Assembly: GCA_003194485.1 (NCBI GenBank)
Contig: PQXD01000011.1
Span: 6,093 to 70,092, forward strand
Reading direction: 5' to 3'
Length of the DNA stretch: 64,000 nucleotides
Source: Deltaproteobacteria bacterium
GTDB taxonomy: Bacteria > Desulfobacterota > Dissulfuribacteria > Dissulfuribacterales > UBA3076
Shown: piece after piece, positions 57,284-64,000 of the stretch
Layout of the letters: each line of letters begins with the position of its first letter
Position numbering within the stretch: position 1 is the stretch's first letter
Position numbers and translations under genes: made by a program
The notes under the pieces: generated by a model
Database searches by the model: none
What the model was told of the DNA's origin: nothing
What the model saw: the letters and a program-made list of their open reading frames with translations, nothing else

Positions 57284-59068
57284 TTAAAACAGTTTTTTCT
57301 GCCTCGGTCTTCGGAATGCCTTGGATTTTTTGGTCTGTTCTCTTGCCAGAAATCTTTCAGGAATGTCATTTAGAAAGGGGCTTGGGCCTCCATGCATCAT
57401 CTGCCCGAAGAGCCTTCTGTGTTTCGCATGGCTTATGTATATTTCTTCGGACGCCCTGGTAAGGGCCACGTAAAAAAGTCTCTTTTCTTCTTCCATATCC
57501 GCTTCTTTCCATGGAAGTATACCGGCCTCACATCCGACCAGGAATATTACCGGGAATTCAAGGCCCTTGGCTGCATGGATCGAAAGCAGGGACACGGCTT
57601 CCGTGTTGAGATCCAGCATGTCGGCCTCGTTGCGAAGCAGGACTGCAAGGGAGTCCACATGCGGATGCCTGTTGACGGCATTCTTCAAGGCCCTGAGAAG
57701 AGGCCTGTCTGGTTCAAGGTCAAGAATATCGATTATGTAACTCAGGAGTTCGGGCCCGTCTTTGACCTGGAGGCCCGGTTTTAAGTCCGAGTATTTTCTG
57801 CTCCACAGATTTTCACCACCTGGGAGTTTTGCCAGATGATACCTGACAGCCCGTCCCTTCACGGCCTCCCAAAGCCGCCATATCAGGCGAAGTTCTCTTT
57901 GGGCAAGCGGATCAGGGGTGTCTGCCCGCTGAAAGGGTATTCCCTGGTTCAAGAGTGCCTCAATAACCTGGTTTCCCAATGCTTTGGCCCGGAATAGTAT
58001 TGCCACGTCTGAAAGACTTCTCAGTGTGTGACCGCCGGCCGTGCCGCTGTCAAGTGAAGCAAAGCTGAGCCCCCCCACTATCTGCTCAACGGTCCTTGCC
58101 ACCCACTTTGCCTCTGCTCCGGGATCTTCAAAGGCTTTGATCCTGATTTTCGGCATCCTGCCATTGACAGATTTCAGACGGACATCCGATCTGTTTTTTA
58201 TGATGCTTGTTGCAGCATCGAGAAATATCTGGGGGCACCTGTAGACAGTATCCAGGACTACGGTTTTTACGTACTCAAAATCCATGCTGAAACGATCAAT
58301 GAACTCAGGGCTTGCGCCCCTGAACCCGTAAATGGCCTGGTTGGGATCACCTATTACTGTGATATTTCCGTCTTTTCTTGCCATTGACTTGATCAGTGCA
58401 TACTGGGCAGGACTTATGTCCTGGAATTCGTCCACCAGGACAAACGGGAAATCCCTATGAAATTTTGCTTTGATTTCAGTATACTCCAGAAGTCGCAGGG
58501 CCTCCATGAGAAGGTCGTCATAGTCCCAGAGACCGTATTTTTTAAGGAGGCCATGATATGCCCGGTACAGGGCCTCCAGGTCTTTATCTCCATTTATCGC
58601 AGGGGGAAAATGCTGTTTGGACTTTGAGATACGCTCATAAAGTCCTTGCGCTTTTGTATTTGATAATCCTGATTCCCTTGCCGCCTCTCTGCAAAGATCC
58701 CGGGCATCTTTCTCATCTATGGGAAGACGTGCCTCTTCACCCAGGGTCTCTCTTAAAAATCCAAGTGCCCAACTGTGAAATGTACTTACTCTGGGAGTTA
58801 TTTGCCCATCTGGTCTGCGCCCTGCGGAAATTTCGCCGCATAAGAGCCGGGATACGCGCTCTGAGATCTCCTTTGCCGCCTGGTTGGTAAAGGTCATGGC
58901 AAGTATCTGGTCGGGTCTGGCGGTGCCTGTTTCTACCAGGCGTCCGATTCGGTAGCTGAGGACCCTGGTCTTGCCTGTGCCGGGTCCTGCAACAACAAGA
59001 AGCGGGCCGGATATGTGTGTTACGGCCTCAAACTGAGCCGGATTAAGATCTGAAGACCAGTCAATCAT
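57284..59068 (-). CDS. UvrD/Rep-family ATP-dependent DNA helicase (short form)
   Basis: GPGTGKT (Walker A), VDEFQD, and ..SIHAAKGLEF.. 594 aa. Confidence 0.88.
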   Translation of the reverse strand: MIDWSSDLNPAQFEAVTHISGPLLVVAGPGTGKTRVLSYRIGRLVETGTARPDQILAMTFTNQAAKEISERVSRLLCGEISAGRRPDGQITPRVSTFHSWALGFLRETLGEEARLPIDEKDARDLCREAARESGLSNTKAQGLYERISKSKQHFPPAINGDKDLEALYRAYHGLLKKYGLWDYDDLLMEALRLLEYTEIKAKFHRDFPFVLVDEFQDISPAQYALIKSMARKDGNITVIGDPNQAIYGFRGASPEFIDRFSMDFEYVKTVVLDTVYRCPQIFLDAATSIIKNRSDVRLKSVNGRMPKIRIKAFEDPGAEAKWVARTVEQIVGGLSFASLDSGTAGGHTLRSLSDVAILFRAKALGNQVIEALLNQGIPFQRADTPDPLAQRELRLIWRLWEAVKGRAVRYHLAKLPGGENLWSRKYSDLKPGLQVKDGPELLSYIIDILDLEPDRPLLRALKNAVNRHPHVDSLAVLLRNEADMLDLNTEAVSLLSIHAAKGLEFPVIFLVGCEAGILPWKEADMEEEKRLFYVALTRASEEIYISHAKHRRLFGQMMHGGPSPFLNDIPERFLAREQTKKSKAFRRPRQKKLF

Positions 59069-59077
59069 TATAGAGTA

Positions 59078-60814
59078 TCATTTATCAGTTACGCGAAGTT
59101 TGAAAAGGTGGCGCTTGATCTTTCTGATAGATGTCTTGGGGAATTCTTCATCCATCAGAGTGAAGGACACCACTCTTTTGAAAGGAGCCAGCATCTTGTT
59201 TGCTTTTTTGACCTCTCTGGAAATGAGCTTATTTATATCCTGATCGCTCTGGCGTTTTCCAGAAGAGTACCCGCCAATGGCCTCGTAGTCCGGAACTATT
59301 ACTGCACGGACCTCTTCTCCAGCCCCTTTATTATATCCATAGACCATTGATTCCAGGACAAAGGGACTCCGGTTGATACAGGCCTCTATCTCTTCAGGAT
59401 AGACGTTTTCCCCGGCGGGGGTGACAATGAGGTTCTTGACCCTGCCGCAGATGTATAGATAGCCTTTCTTGTCCCGATATCCCAGATCCCCGGTCTTCAG
59501 CCAGCCGTCCGGGTCCAGCACCTCTTGCGTGGCCTCAGGGTCTTCATAATAGCCCTTCATAATCATCGGTCCCCTGAATGCAAGTTCCCCAACGCCGTTC
59601 TCGTCCGGTTCAAGTATCCTTACCTCTACTCCGGAAAGTGGTTTGCCTATGCTTTCATCCACTGGTTCATCCACGGGATTGATGGTAAGCACGGGACTTG
59701 CCTCGGTAAGACCGTAGCCCTGAAGCATTTTGACTCCCAGCCACCTGAATTCCCTGGAAATTTTTGGCATAAGCGGAGCGCCCCCAACCACCAGAAAGCG
59801 AAGGGAACCGAGCCCGGCCAGCTCTCTGAGATTTCTGAAGAAGTGCATGCCCAGGTTCTTCATGCCCAGACCTTCACCTGTCTTGACCGCATTCATAATT
59901 ATGTGAAATATCATTCGCTGCGCGGAAGGCATACGTTTAATGCCCCGATGAATTCCATCCAGCATCTTTTGGAACAGCAGGGGGACACCGATCATCACGG
60001 TGGCACGGCTGGCCTTCAGGTCCTCCAGTATGCTGCGCGACTTCAGGCTCCGGGCAAAAGTGATTGCGGAACCACTGTATATGGGAAGGAGAAACCCGGC
60101 GGTACACTCGAGTGTGTGATGCATCGGCAGGATCGAGAGGAAGCGCTCCTGCCCGAATTCCATTACCTGATAGCAGGCGGTTATATCCGAAACTATATTG
60201 CCGTGGGTCAGCATGACGCCCTTGGGCCTGCCAGTCGTCCCTGATGTATAGATTATGGCGGCTATATCTCCGGGATCCCTGTTTGGTAAAGGGCGCCGTG
60301 TTCGTTGTCCATGCCTGAAGAGTTCTTCAAAGGGCATTACATTTCTCGGGATGCCTTTGGTATCCAGGGTCAGGACTATCACATGTTTTGGTCTTGGAAA
60401 GCCCCTGGAGGTACTGAGCACGCGGTCCAGGAATTTGGGAGCCACAAAGGCCATATACACCTTGGCGTCAGCCATCAGATGCAGTATCTCGTTTTCGGTT
60501 AATTGAGAGTCTATGGGTACACAGATTCCGCCGGCACAGGTGACAGCCAAATAGGCAATGGCCCATTCAGGAGAGTTCGGCCCAAGTATCGCGCATTTTC
60601 CGTTCTTTGGTAAGCCATCGGCTATCAACCCTCTGGCCAAAGATTCAACTTTATTGCCAAGCTCGCCAAAGGTGATAACCCTGTCTCCCCGAGGTTGCCT
60701 CGCAATAAGTGCGGGCCGGTCTCCAAACTCGGCAACCGAGTGCCTGACCATCTCAGGCAGGGTCGCTATTCCCTTGTTATTCTGCATGGCTGCTGCCTCT
60801 ATCCGGTTTTCCAT
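59078..60814 (-). CDS. Long-chain fatty-acid--CoA ligase (AMP-binding family)
   Basis: YTSGTTGRPKG and ..GYGLTE.. with ..GWLKTGDLG.. Confidence 0.88.
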   Translation of the reverse strand: MENRIEAAAMQNNKGIATLPEMVRHSVAEFGDRPALIARQPRGDRVITFGELGNKVESLARGLIADGLPKNGKCAILGPNSPEWAIAYLAVTCAGGICVPIDSQLTENEILHLMADAKVYMAFVAPKFLDRVLSTSRGFPRPKHVIVLTLDTKGIPRNVMPFEELFRHGQRTRRPLPNRDPGDIAAIIYTSGTTGRPKGVMLTHGNIVSDITACYQVMEFGQERFLSILPMHHTLECTAGFLLPIYSGSAITFARSLKSRSILEDLKASRATVMIGVPLLFQKMLDGIHRGIKRMPSAQRMIFHIIMNAVKTGEGLGMKNLGMHFFRNLRELAGLGSLRFLVVGGAPLMPKISREFRWLGVKMLQGYGLTEASPVLTINPVDEPVDESIGKPLSGVEVRILEPDENGVGELAFRGPMIMKGYYEDPEATQEVLDPDGWLKTGDLGYRDKKGYLYICGRVKNLIVTPAGENVYPEEIEACINRSPFVLESMVYGYNKGAGEEVRAVIVPDYEAIGGYSSGKRQSDQDINKLISREVKKANKMLAPFKRVVSFTLMDEEFPKTSIRKIKRHLFKLRVTDK

Positions 60815-60891
60815 CCGGAAATGGATCGTTCTCTCAAATAAAGATTGTATCTATTTAAAATATATACAATACAGGTCAAGTTGAAGTATTT

Positions 60892-61845
60892 TTAAAAGAT
60901 AGCCAGGGAGATAACATACGCACCATAAGACAGGAGCAGGGCCGCTCCCTCCCATCTGGTTACTTTCATCCCGGTCCTCATGACGGGCAACAGGATAAGG
61001 CTGAAGGCCATCATCACGGGAAAATCCCGGTAGAGCAGGTCCGGGTTTATTCCGATCGGGGTGATAAAGGCCGTGACGCCGAGCACGGCACACAGGTTGG
61101 ACAGATTGCTTCCCACCACGTTTCCCAGGATCAGATCTGTCTGGCCCTTACGGGCCGCCGCCAATGTCGTGGCAAGTTCGGGCAGGGAGGTCCCTACGGC
61201 TGTCAGGCTCAGGCCCACTATGAGTTCGGGTACGCCCAGATGCACGGCAATTCTTTCAGCCCCCCAAACCAGTGATTTGGAACCGATAACCAGTCCTGTC
61301 AGGCCAGCTATAACCAGTGCGATGTCAAACCAAAAGGAATTCCTGTTGTTGACAGACTTTTCGAATTCTATTTGTATTATATATGGTTCTTTCCGGCTGT
61401 GACGATACAAGGTCAGGCAATAGGCCGTGAAGATGATGAGTAATGCCAGGCCTGACAGACGCCCCGGATGGCCCATTATTGCGGATGCCCAGAGAACCGT
61501 GCTTACTACTACCAGTAAGGGTATCTCTATTCTGAGCATCCTCAGTCGGACAGGCAGCGGAGTAAGCAGGGCCCCGAGCCCCAGAATCAATCCCGTATTG
61601 GCTATATTGCTTCCCAAGATGTTTCCCATGGTGATATCAGGCTTGCCGGAAAGGGCTGCAGACAGTGCCACGCCCATCTCAGGGGCTGATGTGCCGAAGG
61701 CTACAACAGTGAGACCGATTACAATGGGACTCATTCTCAAAAGGCGGGCCATGCGTATGGCTCCTTTAATGAGAGCTTCGGCCCCGCTGGAGAGGATGAC
61801 CAGCCCCAGTATGAATGCTGTGGCAGATAGTACCCAGGACGGCAT
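60892..61845 (-). CDS. CaCA-family Na+/Ca2+ exchanger (YrbG-like)
   Basis: Two alpha-repeats, GTSAPE and GTSLPE. 317 aa. Confidence 0.88.
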   Translation of the reverse strand: MPSWVLSATAFILGLVILSSGAEALIKGAIRMARLLRMSPIVIGLTVVAFGTSAPEMGVALSAALSGKPDITMGNILGSNIANTGLILGLGALLTPLPVRLRMLRIEIPLLVVVSTVLWASAIMGHPGRLSGLALLIIFTAYCLTLYRHSRKEPYIIQIEFEKSVNNRNSFWFDIALVIAGLTGLVIGSKSLVWGAERIAVHLGVPELIVGLSLTAVGTSLPELATTLAAARKGQTDLILGNVVGSNLSNLCAVLGVTAFITPIGINPDLLYRDFPVMMAFSLILLPVMRTGMKVTRWEGAALLLSYGAYVISLAIF

Positions 61846-61851
61846 GAATGT

Positions 61852-62559
61852 TCAGGGATCACCGTTCAGCATGGAGGAAATGCTCTCCCGCACCTCTTTT
61901 GTCACGATATCCTTGTGTACAGGGCCTTTTGGGCCCACGGTCCGGACAGGGGGGCCGATGGTTACCTTTATCCGGCCCGGGCGTACCCTGAGGCTTCCCC
62001 TGGGGAGTACATTGTGACTGCCGCTTATGGCTACAGGCACTATAGGGCATCCGGCCCTGACCGCAATCAGTATTCCTCCCGTCTTAAAAGGCCCCAAACG
62101 GCCGTCAGGGCTGCGGGTACCTTCCGGGAAGATGATTATGGATCTGCCCATTTTTAAGCTCCCGACAGCCTCTTGCAGGCTGCGCAGGGCCGCCTTGCCG
62201 CCGGACCTGTCAATAGGTATGTAACCTGCGAGACGCATGGCAAGACCAAGGAAGGGAATCTTGAAGAGCTCTTTCTTGGCTACAAAACGAAACTGTACGG
62301 GCAAGGCCTCATACAATATCAGTATATCAAACTGGCTTGCATGGTTACACGCGAATACTACCGGCCTTCCCATGGGTATATTGTCGCGGCCTTCAACATC
62401 TACCTTGATGCCTGATGCCCTGATGATAGTCCTTGCCCAGAGCCTTCCCAGCCTGTGGACCCGGTTCCCGGAATCATCGATAAGGCCGGCTATTATGGCT
62501 GCGGGAAAAAGAATTATAAAGGCCGATACAACTACTATGGGAGTTAAAAAACCTGTCAT
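61852..62559 (-). CDS. plsC: 1-acyl-sn-glycerol-3-phosphate acyltransferase
   Basis: NHASQFD (HX4D) and FPEGTRS motifs. Confidence 0.88.
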   Translation of the reverse strand: MTGFLTPIVVVSAFIILFPAAIIAGLIDDSGNRVHRLGRLWARTIIRASGIKVDVEGRDNIPMGRPVVFACNHASQFDILILYEALPVQFRFVAKKELFKIPFLGLAMRLAGYIPIDRSGGKAALRSLQEAVGSLKMGRSIIIFPEGTRSPDGRLGPFKTGGILIAVRAGCPIVPVAISGSHNVLPRGSLRVRPGRIKVTIGPPVRTVGPKGPVHKDIVTKEVRESISSMLNGDP

Positions 62560-62579
62560 AATATCTTCAATTAACAGCT

Positions 62580-63257
62580 TTACGGGATCGGCATCGGTTT
62601 AAGATGCAGTCTTCGTCTTATGATATGCCCTGCAAGGTCGAAAACTCTGGCAGAACGGTCTATGATTATCGAATCCGCACTTGCCTTGATACCTTCAAGC
62701 GCCAGAAGAAATGATTCAGGTCTGGCGGCCGTAGTGACATCCCCTTTGATTTTTGAGTATTTCATCCACTGTCTGATTCTTGCCGCAAGCTCCCCGCTTT
62801 TGGGAAGCGGGGCATCAAGAAGCACTGTAACATGGTACGGCGGATAGTCCGAAAGGAGCCCCTCAACAAGATTCCAGGCGGACTTTGTGTGATCTGTGGG
62901 CCTGAAGCGTCGAAATATGCGGCTGATGTCCCGGACGAAATTGTCGTCTGCCAGTAGCAAAGGCCTGTGTTTTATGGCACTTTCAAGAGTAATAAGTACA
63001 TTGTGCCCGTCTATAATCAGTTTCTCCCCCTTGATTTCTCTTGCGCGCACTATCTTGGCATGACGTGCCATGCTCTGTCTCCTTGTGAAGACCCCGCGAT
63101 AGAGCAGGTCCCGCTCGTCTTGATGGAGCTGGAAGTGGTCTCCTACAAATAAAAGAGCGGACTTTCTCGGGTATCCGCGACTTAAAAGGAAGCGGAAGTC
63201 CCGGGCTGCAGGTCTCAGAAGATCTTTTCTAAAGGTGTAAGCTCTCATAATATCCAA
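62580..63257 (-). CDS. DUF434-type hypothetical protein
   Basis: 225 aa. ..FLLSRGYPRKSALLFVGDHFQL.. is the N-terminal DUF434-like motif. Confidence 0.55.
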   Translation of the reverse strand: MDIMRAYTFRKDLLRPAARDFRFLLSRGYPRKSALLFVGDHFQLHQDERDLLYRGVFTRRQSMARHAKIVRAREIKGEKLIIDGHNVLITLESAIKHRPLLLADDNFVRDISRIFRRFRPTDHTKSAWNLVEGLLSDYPPYHVTVLLDAPLPKSGELAARIRQWMKYSKIKGDVTTAARPESFLLALEGIKASADSIIIDRSARVFDLAGHIIRRRLHLKPMPIP

Positions 63258-63303
63258 AGTAGTACTTGCCCGATCAGCCTGCAGACCTTATTATTTTGTC
63301 GTT

Positions 63304-63807
63304 ATGAAGAAGATACTAATCTATCCACATGAAATATTAAGGCAAGAGGCCAAATCGGTTAATAGAATAGACGGGGAATTCCAGGGCCTGATCGACCAGA
63401 TGCTGGAGATTATGTACAAGGCCAAAGGGCTGGGCCTTGCAGCAAACCAGATAGGCGAGCTCAAGCAACTGGTGGTCATGGACATAACTCCTTCTGAAAG
63501 AGGACCAAATCCTATAGTATTAATTAACCCTCGTATCACAGAATGGGAGGGAGAAGAAGCGGGTGAGGAGGGCTGTTTGAGCGTTCCCAATTATTCAGCC
63601 CCTGTAAAACGGGCCGCCAGGGTGCAACTTGTGGGCTACGACCGGAACGAAAAGGAGATCAGACTTGAGGCCGAAGGACTCCTTGCCCGGTGCATACAGC
63701 ATGAATTGGATCACCTTAAGGGTATATGTTTTGTAGACCGTCTGAGTCCTGCGAGAAAGCTCCTCTTCAGGAAAAAGTGGGCGAAGATCCGCCCCAAAGA
63801 GGAGTAG
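63304..63807 (+). CDS. def: Peptide deformylase
   Basis: GLGLAANQIG, EGCLSVP, and HELDHL. Confidence 0.95.
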   Translation: MKKILIYPHEILRQEAKSVNRIDGEFQGLIDQMLEIMYKAKGLGLAANQIGELKQLVVMDITPSERGPNPIVLINPRITEWEGEEAGEEGCLSVPNYSAPVKRAARVQLVGYDRNEKEIRLEAEGLLARCIQHELDHLKGICFVDRLSPARKLLFRKKWAKIRPKEE

Positions 63808-63875
63808 CAGAGCATTTTTGGAATAACATTTTGGGTAACCGGTCACAGGGCGAGATCTTCTTTCAACATGCTATC

Positions 63876-63992
63876 GCCCTTTGTTTTATAAAGCTTTTGC
63901 AGCGGGGGATTCCTGCCCCCTCCCCGTTCTCCTTCGCTTCGCTCCGGAGCCGGGGTTTCCCCCGCTGCAAAAGCCGATAAAACTTACAGGGC
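63876..63992. repeat. ~117-bp palindromic element next to the window edge
   Basis: Perfect 17-bp arms GCTTTTGCAGCGGGGGA (63893-63909) and TCCCCCGCTGCAAAAGC (63958-63974). Imperfect pairing extends outwards (GCCCTTTGTTTTAT.. against ..ATAAAACTTACAGGGC), and there are nested inner stems. Confidence 0.55.
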
Positions 63993-64000
63993 TAACGCAA

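Overview
Bacterial chromosomal window. Gene content and synteny look Desulfobacterota-like, but this cannot be proven from the sequence. Most of it is housekeeping. In order:
- A CobN-like chelatase cut at its 5' end by the window edge.
- A 2.5-kb accessory islet carrying vapBC, dinJ-yafQ and two gene remnants.
- A TonB2/Ttp-type six-gene cluster, followed by two tandem coiled-coil porin paralogs.
- A sigma54-type two-component pair carrying three single-base frameshifts.
- cobQ, rpsU, tRNA-His/Arg, a class-V aminotransferase, serA, scpB, cooT, thrC and dut.
- The rimP-nusA-infB-DUF503-rbfA-DHH-truB-rpsO-pnp block, and tRNA-Gly.
- feoAB, gatCA, lgt, pcnB, thi4, fbp, htpX and tRNA-Gln.
- A UvrD-like helicase, an acyl-CoA ligase, a CaCA exchanger, plsC and def.

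The strongest signal not explained by genes is a dense family of ~195-bp foldback MITEs. There are 9 copies plus one solo end. They share 21-nt terminal inverted repeats starting GTAA. Every complete copy has a perfect, copy-specific 8-bp target-site duplication. No transposase is present in the window.

Two copies are a 403-bp composite form that carries extra DNA and has itself transposed. One of these sits exactly on the infB stop codon, inside the nusA-infB-rbfA operon.

At least two further short interspersed repeat families and several palindromic elements are also present. No CRISPR array, rRNA, prophage or recognisable defence operon was seen.
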